From assembly GCA_965235115.1 (NCBI GenBank), contig OZ249436.1, positions 48,300,001 to 48,364,000 of the forward strand: DNA of 64,000 nt, read 5' to 3'. The position numbers and the translations under genes are program-made. The stretch comes from Laetmonice hystrix. Its lineage: Eukaryota. The notes under the pieces are model-generated. The model was not told the origin of the DNA. It saw nothing but the letters and a program-made list of their open reading frames with translations, and searched no databases. Below are positions 25,246-42,400 of the stretch, one piece after another. The number at the start of each line of letters is the position of its first letter. Position 1 is the first letter of the stretch.

Positions 25246-26662
25246 GATATGATCAGGTATTACTGGTCTAACACTTAAAATAACTAATTTCGATATTACT
25301 TGGAACGCTACTTTTGAGTTACTTGATTTGATATAAGAGATGAGTCATGAATACTTCTGTGACTATTTTTTTTGGATTACGTGAACATTTCAGATCCGCA
25401 GAAGATTGACAGGTGCGCTGGCTGGTCCCCTGGCCTGATTAGACAGGTGCGAGAACAGGTGCGCCACCACCAGGAGGCGCGAGAAATTACCGCTTCCACT
25501 TTTCACCGCCAGGTGGCTAACTAATCACAGAAAAAAAGCATGACAGAACGAGTCATTCATGAAAAGCAAACGCGTTTTTTTATGGTTGGTTTCCACTCTA
25601 CTGCATTGAGAACTGTCATAGAATTTAGACTGAGTAGAAAGAACTTTATTTTCAAGATATATGAAAGAATATACTCTGAAATAAACGAACGGCATCACCC
25701 CTTGGGCCTTCTATAAACTTTCCCCTGGCTGTTACAGTAGCAGTTGTAGGCATAACGGAATTCCCAGATTGTCAGCCACAATCCGCTAGTGAAACTTGTC
25801 TATTTTCTTTAGGGTGACACGTAGGGTTGTCAACTGTTATGGAATTCTTCTAAGTCTTACAGAATTTCCGGCTTCCAGACAGTAAACTTACGGCACACGG
25901 ATCAAGACCCAAAGCTTACGGATTTTACAGAAAATGCTATGCAAAAAAAAAGCTAGTGTAAGAATGCAACAGAAAGTTTAAACAAAAATGCATCAGAAGG
26001 CTCCATTTCAACTCTTATCATTTGAAATTGTTCTCCCTCCAGGAGGGACACGCACCCCTACCGGAACCCCCTCCCCAAAACACAGCTCGATTTCTTCACT
26101 TCACAAAATCTTGCAGATTTCACACTTCAAAAAGTTGGCAACATTGTTTTTGTCTAGAGTACACGTATGAATGCTCAATCCCGTTTATAGATATACATGT
26201 AGACGTTTTCAAAATTGTCAAATGTGCGCTTCCCCTTTTGTTTATAGATAAACGTTTTCAAAACTGGTAATTGTAGGCTTTTAGATAGTCAGTAATCCGG
26301 GCTCAGTATTTTAGTGCAGTGGATTAAAGGTCTCGTTACATTCACCTTTAATTTCACGGACATTTTAGTTTCACTGTGAATAGAAAATGTAATAAATGTA
26401 TAATGCGACATGGGATCAGACCTTTCAGTTGTTTTCAACTGATATAGTTGGTACTTGCTGTCCAAGGACCGAATGAAAGGACTTCAAATTGCAAGCCTTG
26501 CATGTATGGTAAATGGAATTTTTTTTATTTCCCAGGAGTTGGCAAACCCTGCCCTCCTTTTTTGCCATCTGGTAAGGCTCATTTGATTATTTTAACAGCA
26601 TAAGGCAAAGCACAGATCCACTTGTTTTTTTTATTGACTGCTGGCATATACATTCACATTGT

Positions 26663-29586
<2,924 letters not shown>

Positions 29587-29720
29587 CTTGCTGGTTCTTT
29601 AAACCGGAAAAGGAAGCTCATAGGCCGGAACTTCCTAAATAAATACATGCGCATGCGCAACCCTCAAGTTGGTCCCCTGTCCCGATTTGTGAGGGGCCGG
29701 AACCGGGTAAAGGCAGAGGT
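29587..29720. promoter_or_regulatory. Bidirectional RPS15/ABHD8 promoter with TCT/5'TOP start, ETS and NRF1 sites
   Basis: Minus-strand polypyrimidine cttccttttcc at 29606-29616, CCGGAA sites, and a perfect NRF1 palindrome TGCGCATGCGCA at 29648-29659. Confidence 0.8.
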
Positions 29721-30260
29721 AAAGGTGAAGGACACAAATATTTACATCGTCTGATTAGAAGCTGGGAGCAGGGAGTCGTTTGCCATGTTCACGGGCTGCC
29801 ATCAGTTTGGACATTGAATGGTGAGATTTAGGTTTATTGTGCAGGTGTTTGCGAAAGAGAAAAGAGGCCCGCTTTACATATGGCCTAATAGACCATGTCG
29901 CTAAACGTTACCAGATAGATGCACCGCTAGCCGGCGGCATGGCATGAGCCGGGAGTAGAGCCTCAACCGGCGAGCCTCAACTGGTCAAGTCAAGCCAGGG
30001 CCAAGGCATACCCCGCTCAGCCTCAACAAGTCCGAATCCCTCACCAAAGCCGCTGTGGCACATAAGTCTTAAAGTAATGGACTCGGTGTCAGCCTTAATT
30101 GCTTCTACCGGTATTTGTCAGTTAAACGTTAAACTTAAAGACCGTTAGACATTTATTTTTATTTACAAAAAAAAACAAAAAACGAGTCAAATAATTGTAG
30201 CCTGGCTCAGTGGCTGTGGCTGTGCTGAGCCTGAGGCCAGTGAGGGCATTGACTGATTGA

Positions 30261-31010
30261 GGCAGTGTTATTTAGCCAGCAAATGTCAGGGTCATGTGAC
30301 CATTAAACTTCAATCCTGTTGGATAATCACTAATGCTCTATGGCTAAATAGCCAACTAACCAATGGCAATAGGGTGTGCAAGTGGGTCAAGTCAAGAGGA
30401 AACATATGAGAACAGCCAAGTTTGGTGGTTATAATCTCGTCATTTTTTTAGCATTGCGAATCTCATAGGAGCCGGCAACTGTCAACTTTGAAATATTATT
30501 ATTTCATGGTTAGCTTAGGACGCTTTCATTTTTGTACCTAAGAGCACCAACCTGTTTTATGTATGAAAAATGGGACGCCCTAATCGGAATGACAAATGAC
30601 ATGGAATAACAAATGCCAAAAAAGAAATGCCAATGGCATAAGGACTGCTCCCTTGTCATTCTGAATAGTGTCAATCGAATGACAAGGAGCAGTTCTTATG
30701 CCAAATTTGTTTGGTCATTTGTTATTCCATGTCATTCGTATTGACAATAACACCTCATTTCAGACATTGCCATCCGTTGGCAGACGTATGGCAATTGGTT
30801 GGCCACCAATGGTTGGGGAGCATAATGTTGGCCCAACATTGGCAGGCCGTCGGCAGACATATATGGCAATTGGCTGGCCACTAACGCTTGGGGAGTAATC
30901 TTGATCCAACGGCAGCAGGCTAACCTTAACCCAAGCAATTTGTTTGGATTCAGTAATTAGTCAAACTAAGAAACTCTTATTTAGCCGTTGCCAGCTAAAT
31001 ATACACTGCC
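30261..31010. mobile_element. Composite interspersed repeat in ABHD8 intron 1: Helentron-like end plus internal foldback
   Basis: End hairpin tatttagccgttgccagctaaata with ctaaccttaacccaagcaatttg, also found at 46130, 47123 and 49500-49702. Long inverted repeat at about 30587-30740. Confidence 0.6.
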
Positions 31011-31291
31011 TAAAGCTGAACCTAGTTTTGCAAATACAGGGCTTTAGTAAAAATCTTAAGTTCTTTGTAGGCTTATCTCCGATGAGGTCTGAAAAGTAAA
31101 GCGTCATAGCATCATTCTTAAAAATTGAATCAAAAGGAATGTAGCCATATCTGACATTTGACAGTTGAAATCCTTCACTTCAGTGTACCCCTACAAGTGA
31201 AAACCATTGAACACCACTGCAGTGTTTGAAATTTGTCTTGGGTTTATCTCTGTTCAGGCAATGCCAACCTTGGATCAGTTGAGTGTGAAGG

Positions 31292-34200
31292 ATGCCTGGG
31301 CAAGCCAACCAGGGACCTGTCCCTTCAGCCCAGGAGAATGTTCCACTACCTCAGGCTCAGGCAAGGTTATGTGGTCTCTGCACATGCTGTTTTCGTCCCA
31401 CCAAGAAAGTGGCTCCCATCCTTGGGGCTGCCTCCGACTATGACCTTGTTGAAGTTCGTCCTGGCCGATATCTCCGCATCCTTCACATCAATCGCAGACT
31501 GAGAGATCATGCTTTTAAAATGGAGATGGAAAAATACATTGATTTACACATGCGTACAGGAAAATATGGTTGCTATGATGCAAAAGCATGGAAACTGTCG
31601 CGAACAAGATTTGGAATGGGTGAGGAAGATGAGGTTACCCATGGCAACAAGGGTTATATTAACCATGGAGCTGAGATTCAAAACGACAATGTCAGTTCTG
31701 TACTGCCCCAGAATGGTCATGCAGTAACCATGGCTAACTTTCATAATAAACGCCACAGACACGACAGTCACCAGTCTGATTACAGTTATAAGAGTGTTAT
31801 TTCTCAGAACCTTCCACATCATGATGATACTGTCACAGATTTACGCCTTGATTTGGCACAAGACCTTGGAACTGAGGATTCTGATGGAGAGCTGTCTGTT
31901 AACCATACAAGAAATTCTGAGGGGACTTGTAATTCAGCCGAATCAGAGGGTAAATCTTTGGGGCAGATGTCGCCAACAACAATCAGTGGTGCCTACTGCC
32001 AGTCACTTACACTGACGACTTCTGAAGCTCGAATCACAACAGCTACTAGTGTTCATTTTAATTTACACCAGGAGGAACATAATTCAGACGGATATTCAGA
32101 AGAAAAGGCTCAAGGAGTTGCTCAAGCCGAGTTGACCTCAGATCCTGTAAAGGAGAATACTGTGATGTTTTTTATTCATGGAGTTGGTGGCTCCTCAGCA
32201 GTCTGGCAGGCACAGATAGACCACTTTAAAAAAGAAGGCTACGAGCTCGTTGTACCAGATCTCATTGGGCATGGCAACAGTTGTGCTCCACATAACTCAA
32301 GTGCTTATACTTTCGAGGAAATCGCTTTTGACCTACTCGTTGTATTTGACTTGTACTGTAAAAGAAGAAATGCTGTCATAGCACATTCCTATGGGTAAGT
32401 GTAAAGCTTTAAAAAAAAATTACATATCAGTGACCAGCCTGGGCAGTGTAAGTATTTGCTCCCAGATGGCGCATTGAAAAAAAATCAGTCAAATGGTCAT
32501 CCACCTTCCTCATGAGGCCCATGTAACAACATGCCTATATATATGACTTAATCTGTGGCCCTCAAGCAGGCTGACTTTAAAAAAGAATTTTTTTTTTTAA
32601 ATTCCTATTTTTCACTTTCTCATCTTGTGTAATGTCCATTGAAACCTAGAAAATATCAATTAAAAGCAGGCGACATTGTTCTCTCTAAAAATTATGCACA
32701 TGCTGTGTACTATCTATCTTTCAGTTCCAGTTTTGCAGCTTTATTGGGACGGCGACGCATACGTCGAATCCAGCATCTTATTTTGATAAGCGGGGGCAGC
32801 CCAACTCCTTTGGCCCCTCAACCAGGAACTTTTTCTGCACCAACATGGTTCCTTAGATGCTGTAAACCCATGGTGAATCGTGGATTCCGCAAGTGTGTTG
32901 ATGTTTTAATTGGAACTGATGTTTATTTTAAAATGAATTGAACACTTTGACACTAGACTGGTATCTCTTAGTGAGACACTAGAACTGATACAGGTTGAAA
33001 GTAATCTGTTGAGTCATGGATAGAAACTTCTGTCAACATCTGTTTTTTTTACTGTACAGCTGGTGGAGTGCATGAACTTTAGATGACCCACACTGCAAAG
33101 GTCTAAAATAGTTGAGGGTCAAAGGTCAAGCATTAGATCTTTGTCATTCAACAGGTGGTTAGGGAATCAGGGAGCCTAGAAGAAGTAGAAAAATGTTCAT
33201 GTTTTCCAGTGATTTACTTGTTACTATATTTCCTAAGTAACATGATTTTAATTACAATGACCCAGAAAAAAAAATTAAATTGTGTCAGGATGTATGTATC
33301 CTTGTATATTGCTTGTGTTTAATTGATGAGCTTATGAAGTGTTTCAATGCTTTCAAATTTTTGCCCATGACTATGATATCACCACGACCATGGCCCAAGT
33401 CAAGATGGAGCTAATTTACTATATCATTAATGGTAATGGCCCAAGACCAGATGGAGCTCAATTACTAGTGGTATACATAATTGGTAATTGCCCAAGACCA
33501 GATGGAGCTAACTCGTCACGGTATCATTACAGGAGTGCCTTTCACAGGAAGAAATCTCATGCCCTAATGGAAAAGGCGTTTGATGTACCAACATACGTGC
33601 TGAAGTACACAATGAATGGTCAGAACTGGATGGAGGGAGGAGAAGAATACCACCGATGGCTGGAGACAGGAACACTACTCATTTATGGGCGCCAGGACAA
33701 GTTGGTCACTCTGGAGGAGGAACAGGAGATGGAGAAGGTAGGCCTAGAACTGGGTCAAGGTCAGGGTAGACAGTGAGGGGGTTGGGACTCTGGAGGAGGA
33801 ACATGAGATGGAGAAGGTAGGCCTAGAACTGGGTCAAGGTCAGGGTAGACAATGAGGGGGTTGGGAATCTGGAGGAGGAACAGGAGATGGAGAAGGTAGG
33901 CCTAGAACTGGGTCAAGGTCAGGGTAGACAGTGAGGGGGTTGGGACTCTGGAGGAGGAACAGGAGATGGAGAAGGTAGGCCTAGAACTGGGTCAAGGTCA
34001 GGGTAGACAGTGAGGGGGTTGGGACTCTGGAGGAGGAACAGGAGATGGAGAAGGTAGGCCTAGAACTGGGTCAAGGTCAGGGTAGACAGTAAGGGGGTTG
34101 GGAATCTGGAGGAGGAACAGGAGATGGAGAAGGTAGGCCTAGAACTGGGTCAAGGTCAGGGTAGACAGTGAGGGAATTAGGTGTTAAGCAATGCAGGCTT

Positions 34201-34822
34201 TTTTTTTTAAATAAGTGTTCACAATAATTAAATGTTTCTTAAATTAGAGGCAAGACACTTGTCTCATTTACTGAACATTCATAATACATGTAATTAAATG
34301 TACCGAGGATCCCTTTCTAGCCCTTGAGAAAGGGCAATAATTTCAACCCCTGTCCGCGGGCACCATGAACCCTGGGTAGTACTGGTCCAGGATTGGTTTA
34401 AATTAGGTGATTACAAAAGGCTGATGACATAGTCGATGCTGTACGATATTATTTAATTATTCTCATGTTTATTCTTGAAGATTATAACAAGGTAGTAGTT
34501 CTACTCAGAAAGTTGCTTATTAACTGTTGTGGAGATCAAGTCAGAAATGTGAGGACCTTGTGAAAAAGAAAGTTGTATGTATCTACAGGTGATATTCGGA
34601 TCAGTCCTCGAGGTGGTCGAGGCAGCGAGTCACATGGTGATGATGGAGCAGCCGGAGGTTGTCAACAATCTCATTCACCGATTCCTTATCGGGAAGCTGA
34701 GGAGACCCGCCTCACCAGCACATGTCTCTCCAATCATGGAGAGGTCTATCACCGGCAGCAGAGGTTCTATCAGGTCATATAAAGCTGTACCGTCAGGACT
34801 AATTGCAGGAAACTTACACTGA
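31292..34822 (+). CDS. ABHD8: Alpha/beta hydrolase domain-containing protein 8 (about 569 aa)
   Basis: Exons 31292-32394, 32725-32892, 33533-33737, 34589-34822; probable leader exon ending at 29820. N-terminus CC..VAP..DYDLVEVRPGRYLRILH, FFIHGVGGS, nucleophile AHSYG, Asp in GRQDKL, His in AASHMVMME. Confidence 0.92.
33708..34174 (+). repeat. 79-bp tandem repeat x6 spanning an ABHD8 exon end and 5' splice site
   Basis: Units start at 33709, 33788, 33867, 33946, 34025 and 34104; each contains GAGAAG|GTAGGC. Confidence 0.95.
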
Positions 34823-36502
34823 ATTTTGTAAGAGTTTACTGTAAATTCATCCTACCAGGATGATTATTGTGTATTGCAATATAAATTTTTCAGTGTTGAA
34901 GCCTGGTAATGTGCATTGTGATAAGGATGGTAAAAACTTAGATTGTCACAGCAGTGTGGACGTTCTCCAGAAAAAGATAACAATGTGTAACCTGCAGGTC
35001 TTACGCAAGGGTTACATATCTGTATCTGTTCTAAACACTTACATAGATGGACATCTACTGTGATTCATCGTTAACACATTAGGAAATATTTTTTTTGCCA
35101 GGGTATCAGGTTTATCGGTATTTCTTTCAATTTAAATGTTTGATACACGAAAACGAGAAGTTGAAGGTACTGGTAGTCAACAAAGGAATTGTGATATATA
35201 CCAGTCGTTTTAGACTTCATAATTTTCTAAACATGGTGAAGAACTAAAGGCCTATGTGTGCCAGTATAGAGGAGTTTATCAAAGAGGTACAGCTTAAGAG
35301 AAGCCTAAGAAAGTACAACTAACTATTTTTCGCATAGTCTGTGGCAGTGACCCCTTTTTTTTTAAATCCCAGTGGGAAAATCATCTTGTTTTATGAGGTC
35401 AAAGTGAAAAGCATTTTTAGGTTGATAAAAACATTCTGCATTTCCTGTGCAAGTATAATGCACTGACAGCATGTCTCATCTGTGGTTCTCATTAAGGGGT
35501 TTGCATTGTTTAATCGTTTTTACAGAAAATGTTTTAAAATTTACTAACATTTTGTAATTAGGATGAGAGAAGGTGTGACCTACAAAAGTTGGGTCTGTAA
35601 GTGATATGCTGGGTGTCAGTCACGTCAGTACATAAGGGTTTTTGTAAGCTGGTTATTATGTCTGTGGCATAGAATTAAAAAGATTGTTGTTAAAACTGTT
35701 TTTTCTTTTTTTTTTGGTATGTGAGAAATCGATCTGCTGCAAGTTACTGATGCTAGATCGTTTTGGATGCAATCTCAAATGTCAAGATACATGTAGTCAA
35801 GTACGTCACTGTATTGCAGTAGGCTATGTGGCCAGTTGGTTGAGCTAAAAATATTTTAATGCGGGTCGTTAAAATATATTTATCATCTGGCTGTGATTAT
35901 GGAGTCTGTGTTTCCAGAAAGGCCAGTTAGGATTTAACGGGTGTTTTTGACCCTTATATAATAAAGTCACTGATTCTACGGGTATTCAAGAAAACTTTGT
36001 GGGTACTAAGCATGTAGCATCTTTTTTCGTTTACTGTTGGTTCATTAGGTGGTAAACTTGAGGTTGGTTCTTCCCCTTGCCATTGATCAATGCTCCCTTT
36101 AACAATCTTAGTGCAGCTTCCAGTGCCACCTTGCCATGGGAGGATTTCCTTTTGGAAGTTGAAATACACATTAAAGCACAGTACAGTATTTTTAGTAGAC
36201 GACTCCGGGTATATAAATTATTTATACACATTAAAGCAGAGTACACTGAGTACAGTATTTTTATGCTATTTTTCGAATCGGTATTGTACTAGTGGGTCTG
36301 TTATAGGAAGGGAAATGTATGATAGTATATGCTGGTAGGTTGACCAAACGCTGTGCCATCTGACAAGAATGTGGAAGTATCTAGGAGAGGCCTGGAGAAT
36401 ATCACTTTCGCCTCCAAAGCTAACTGAAAATTTGGTCCTAGCTCACAAGTCAGCTCAATTAGAACTACATGTACACTGAGGCCAGTCATACTTGAAGGGG
36501 GA

Positions 36503-36948
36503 CAGGGCCCAGTTTTTAAAAACATAAGATCTTGCTTAAGCTTAAGGGCGTGTTTGTTTCACGCACTGGTTCCGTGAACTTGACCGCGATCGCTGACCTG
36601 GCCGTTTGTTTTTGTCGGTTCACTGATCAGGATCCGGGACCCGCTGATCCTGGTGGCGAGGTGGGTGAGCCCGGGATCCAAAATGGCAGACGATTAGTTC
36701 AAAAGGAAACTGATCGCGATCACTGACCTGGCCGTTTGTTTTCATTGGTTCACTGAGAGTGAACTGGGTTGGATGGAGTAGCGTTTGTTTGCTCATGTAA
36801 ATTATGTCAGTGATTGCCATCCGGGTCCGCGGAACTTGCGCGTAAAACAAACACGCCCCAAGGCTTCTGATTGGTTGGTCTAAGCAGACCACCCAATCAG
36901 AAGCACCAAGCTTAAGCAAGATCTTAAGATTTTACGAACTGGGCCCTG
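36503..36948. mobile_element. Nested MITEs: outer cagggcccagtt-TIR element containing an inner gggcgtgtttgttt-TIR element (36546-36858)
   Basis: Outer TIRs cagggcccagtt..taagatcttgcttaagctt / aagcttaagcaagatctta..aactgggccctg. Inner TIRs gggcgtgtttgttt / aaacaaacacgccc. Confidence 0.75.
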
Positions 36949-37761
36949 GTTAGTAAATTGATAATACCTCGCTGCACCTTTGAAACCGAGATGGCTTTTG
37001 GTGAAATAGTTGATGTAACCTGCCAATTATTTTATCTGTTGAAAGGTTATGGGTATTTTTTTGTATTTTGATAGGTATCGTTCACAAGAAAATGCCCAAA
37101 TGTATATGTTGGTAAGGTTTTAGAAGAAAGTAGTGATGTGATAGGGCTAAACCTGTGATCATGACTTTTGAAATTTTACTGTTTATTTTTAACATGATAA
37201 AGTACCGTAATGGGGAAATGTTTTGAAGTCAGAAAAGCATCTTGTGAGAAACTGTGCTGTTGTGTATTGATGTTACAGTTATTCCAAGGTACGGTTGGGT
37301 GGTTGGATGTACATGTATATTATGTAAATTTGCTAAATGAAGAAGGATAATGGCATATTTATTAATTAGGCCAAAGTAGGTTCCATCAGGTAAAATTTGT
37401 AGAGGTATTTTTAATATTGGACAATGGTGCTTTATCATCATTGTGCCAGCCTCAGTCAAGAACTGACATTGATTTGACATAAGGGCCGTGAACCCCTTTG
37501 ACAACCCACTAGTTTCAATGGATTCCAATGCTCCCATTGAAAATGTTGCTTCAAAAAACAAAGTTAACTGGTGGTTGTGGTGATACTCATAACGCATTAT
37601 GCAGCCTCTGGATAAGTTTGTCCAGCCAGGATTTCTTTCAAACTTTAGTGGTAAAAAGACGGTATACAAGAAGAATCTCAGTCGCAGGGCCACCTCTTGG
37701 TCTTTCGTGTGTTTTGTTTGTCAATCAGTTACTATGCATTATTTTATCACTGGTGTCGGTA

Positions 37762-37829
37762 GATCTACTGGTAGTTTGATTTACTGGTAGTTTGATCTAC
37801 TGGTAGTTTGATCTACTGGTAGTTTGATC
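37762..37829. repeat. 16-bp tandem repeat x4
   Basis: gatctactggtagttt repeated. Confidence 0.85.
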
Positions 37830-39465
37830 AAAGGTGATATGGGGGTTGGGATCATCAAATTTCTAACGACATTGTGTACATGGACGTTTACGTGTGATCG
37901 GTATAAGGCATGTTAATAAAGGAGTATTACTATTATTGAAATTCTATCTTTTTTCCATTGAAAATATTTTTGGATCCACGCGATTCCAGAAATAGGAAGA
38001 TTGACCCTTTTATAGGGTTTAATAGAATTGCAGTAATGCATTAAAACTACACTCCTCCGGAAAGCCTTGTTCTATCCCTGCTTTTCATAACTTTAGAACT
38101 TGAAGGTATAGTAGAAAACTGGTGGATTAGTTTGATTTCAAGACAATTGTGAAAGATCTGTTTACTGGGGTAATGGTATTCTTTGATCAAGTAATCAGAA
38201 AACATGCATTTGATTTCAGGACATTTTAATACAATGTGAGGGGAAATCCCCCCTCAGTCTATACACAGACAGAACTAGAATGTAACGTAGGAAAAGAAAG
38301 ATGGCACATGGTAAGATCTTGGATCATAATTCATAAAAAAAACAATAAGCAACAAAATATATGAAAAATATATACGCATATAATATAGTATTCATTGTAG
38401 ACTGATCCAGCATTCTACTAAACAACACGCTGATCACCTGGTATGTTAACTTGCAATCACAACATACATGTAGAAATCAAAAACGAACCTCACAAGAGGA
38501 TACTGCAAGATGTATGGATTCTTATTTTCACTATGTATCTAATTTTCTTCCTTGCTGATTGATACATTTCCTAAAGACTTGGAATGTGCCATGAAGAGCT
38601 CAAGCCTGCTGCTGAGAATTGTGCTCATTTCAACTCTGTTTCAAACCCCAGACTTGCATAAAGAGTAACTGGCAGAGAAAATATATCAGGGAGTCAGAGT
38701 TTTGGGTTCTGATGGAGGTTGTACATTTGTACATTGGCTGAACACTTATAGGGGACGGATCCCAACTGGCATTTTCAATCCAGTCTGTTAACAGTAATTT
38801 TTGTGTGTGCAAATCTAAGCACTTAATTTCAACGTTAGGCTTTAAATTTGGATTCTTAAAGGTGCTATTCGTCTCGCACAGAATGGCATTTCTCCTATCA
38901 TACATTGTGCACATAGTACTAGAAAAAATTCCTACCGATACCATTGGCCTGATAAACCTTCTATTAGTTTGTGTGCAGCATTTGAAACCTATCTCGGTGC
39001 GCACCGAGATAGAGCCATTTCCTATGGTGGGGCGTGTCAGGGTCTCCACAGGCCTTCTGAGAGAGCCCCATTTGTGCCGTTATCCATGAAAAATTTTGAT
39101 TTCCTTTGTTATGAATCTATTTCCATGATAGGTGGGATCCCATAAACGTCAACAAAATTAAAAATAAAAAAATTGAATTTTTGTTCACGAATAGCACCTT
39201 TAACAGTATTTAGAGTATCTAAACATCTAAAGACAAAATGTAAATGACAACAAAATGTAATACCGACTGTACATGAGTAAATGGAGATTGGAGAAACGCA
39301 CATGATCACACTAAAACTGCCTTGGTGAGATCAGGAATGTTGCGCAAGATAAATCACTACAATCCAGAGCTGCCTTTGTTAATTAAATACTTCATAATGC
39401 TTCAGTAAAGTTCCTGATAACTTGAGCCATTATCTGTTTGTCTGCAAAGTGCCAGCGGTAAAGCC

Positions 39466-42400
39466 TCAATGAGCTCTGACATCTGATGGGCGAATGTGTC
39501 GCTCACCCTCAGACAGGAAGATGCGGAATGCCTTGTGTAGAAGTCTCACTCCTAGACATTGTTTCTTCTTCATTGGCCAGGTGACGGCCAGGCCGTAGTA
39601 CTCTCCTGCTTTCACGTTGGTCAGCTTGGGACGACCTGCAGAGCCAAAATTGTCAACTATTATCAACACAAAGATGCTTGTTCAGGAGCCAGGTATTGCT
39701 TCGTTTTGGACAACTTGATTTGAATATTGATAAAAGAAATACCGCGATGAGTGTTGTATTGATGTAACAAGAGTAGAAGTGTTGCTGACGAGATCTGACA
39801 ATTTGTTGAGAAAACTACCGGTACTCATTTCAGCTGCCTAACTGGCCTCCTGCTTGTTACTTTCATGCTTTAAGGAATATAAATACTTCAATTCTTCAGT
39901 GAAAATAACTCCTCTTTACCGATAGCCTCTATCATGCAAGCCTCCCTTGTGTATGCCTCGACAGGAATTACGTTTTGGAAAATATGAAGTGAAACCACTC
40001 CCTGGCCATCCTCCCATATTTGCAGGATGCGCTGCACTTTGGAACTAGCCTGAAAATAAAGAAATGGGACCGACTTGCTTTACTGACCGATTCTATCGTG
40101 ACCTAACAGGTCTTATATTTCTTAGAAAGTTCAATAGGCAGGAATATTTCCTGGATAATTTGGGCTGATAGTGAGAAGAAACATCTTCCTTTCTTTGGAG
40201 ATAAATTTTCCTTACACTTTACACTTAATTTCTAAGATACAACTGGTATAAAGGGCAAAGAGTATATTGGCCACTAAAAACTGATATAAACTGTACCAAC
40301 TTTACTGATATAAAGCACAAGATTTTACCCCTACATTTGAACACATTCTTAATCAATTGCTTCTATAGAGCTTACTTGTTTGTTCTGGTTATGTTGAATT
40401 GCCTCCTTGAAATGAGCATATGGGCGAGATCTTTTCCCCTTTCCTACGTAGAAGATGGATTTGATAAAGATGTGAAGTCCTTCAAGTTCACCTGTAACAG
40501 ATTAGAAGAAACCCCATGGTACTCAAAACATAGATTGAACATGATATCTTAACCCCAAGACACTGTATATCTGCACAGTATTTCCTCTCAGGGATGTGCC
40601 CAGAAAAAATTGAGTGCCGGGCAGTAGTTTTGTGCTAGCACTGTTTAGTCCTGCCAGGCAGTACTTGAACATTTTTAGTTTTTGCCGGGCAGTTAAAATG
40701 AGTTCTGGGTGGGCCTGCCCGGCGTGGACACATCGATCCTGCCCGCCCTGTGTCTCTACCAATTTCTCTCTGGGCCTTACCAATTTCTTTTCTTCTTGAT
40801 GGGAGATTCTGTGTGATGCGAGGATCCAACAAGAGATAGTTGAAGGATGATTTTTGGGTGCCCTCACGCCAGTGTCGACTTGGGTCAGGGTCAGCAAAGG
40901 GCCTCGCCATGATATCCTCCAGGTCCTGGAGTGTTGATGTGTCCAGCTCACCAGACAGAGCCTGCATCATCTCTGGCGTGTAGCCAGCTTTGAACAGCAA
41001 AAACAGATTAATCATTCGTGATTATAAAGTTTTAACACAGATGGTGTCAATAACTACAAGACATCTGTCTGAAATGAAGGGACTGATAAAGGATATACCG
41101 GGGCAAAGTCTGGCTGCTAAATAATAATAATTGAACAGGTCAAAGCATGATATACACCAATTAAATGCTTCTTGAATAATCCATGATGGTATGGTTCCCC
41201 TACACCCTGCCCATCCTATTGCTCTTACCTTTGTTCCATAAGGCTGGTACTGGATTGGCAAGCGTTGGGTCTTTCCTTAATCTGACAAGTTTCAGCTGGT
41301 AGATTCTGCGGGTGGCTAGTGTGACAGGGCCTGGAGAATTACCAAGTGCTACCAACTCTGCTCTCAACTGGGCATCAGTAAGATAGGAAACATTTTCACG
41401 TTCATCCACACTCTCCTGGTCATCTTTTCCCCTGGGTCCATCATCTTTGGAACTGCTGTGTTTAATCTGGTTTGCAGCCTGATCACCTCCCGCCCGCCAG
41501 TCATATGTCACGGTGATCTCAGCAGAATCAGCGGTCTTCTTGCAGTCGTATAGAAAAGTTGTATCCTTTGAATGGTGATCACTATGACATGAGGGTGCTC
41601 TGTTTTCTTGTTTCTGGTTGGTATGATTTGGGACATTTCTTGACTCGGTGACTGGAAACCAAGTCTCAACAACACTGTAACCATCCTCATCGTCTGTGTA
41701 CAAAGTCTCTATTTTCCCCTTCTCTTTCCGGCATTGAGACTTCAGATGGCGACTTGAAGAACATGAGCCAAAGACAGCCTTTTTCGTTTGTGGGTACCAC
41801 TTCCCTGTCTGCAGCTCAGCTCCTTTTGACGAAGAAGCTCCAGCCTCACTAACATTGCTCTGTATGGTAGATACTGTAAGATCCAACATACCGTCAAGCT
41901 CCGATTGGTTCAGAGTTGCTCTCATTGAACTGGTTTTGGGAGTTTTTGAATACTCTGGTGAAAATTCATCTGCTGAGACATCTGACACATTGAAACCATC
42001 GGGGCTCTTTGGAAGTCCTTTTTGACCAGTCTCTAATTCTTTACTGGACACTCTATCATGTTTCTTGTTAGAATGCCTCCGCATGATATTTTCTTCACTC
42101 TCACTTTCATCTGACGTGAAAAGGTCATTAAACAGATTTTGTCCTAACTTTTGATTAGTACCCTCCAGGCATGGATTACATCTTGTATTGTTCACAACAT
42201 TTTCTGGACTAGTTTCTTCAGATTCCTGGGCTGCAGGTGGCCCTTGAGAAAACGTGAACCATGCATCTCTCACCTTGCTGATCCAACTTCCCTGAGCAGT
42301 CTTTGAGTTTCCACTCATGACCGTTTCAGTTTGTGGTGCATTCTGAGGTTGAGACTCCAGACAAATATTCAGTGACAGATCATTGGGGTCAAACTCGCTG

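Noticed and set aside
37229..39089. ORFs of 94-154 aa between ABHD8 and ANKLE1
   Set aside because: No motifs or splice structure; the composition fits 3' UTR or intergenic sequence.
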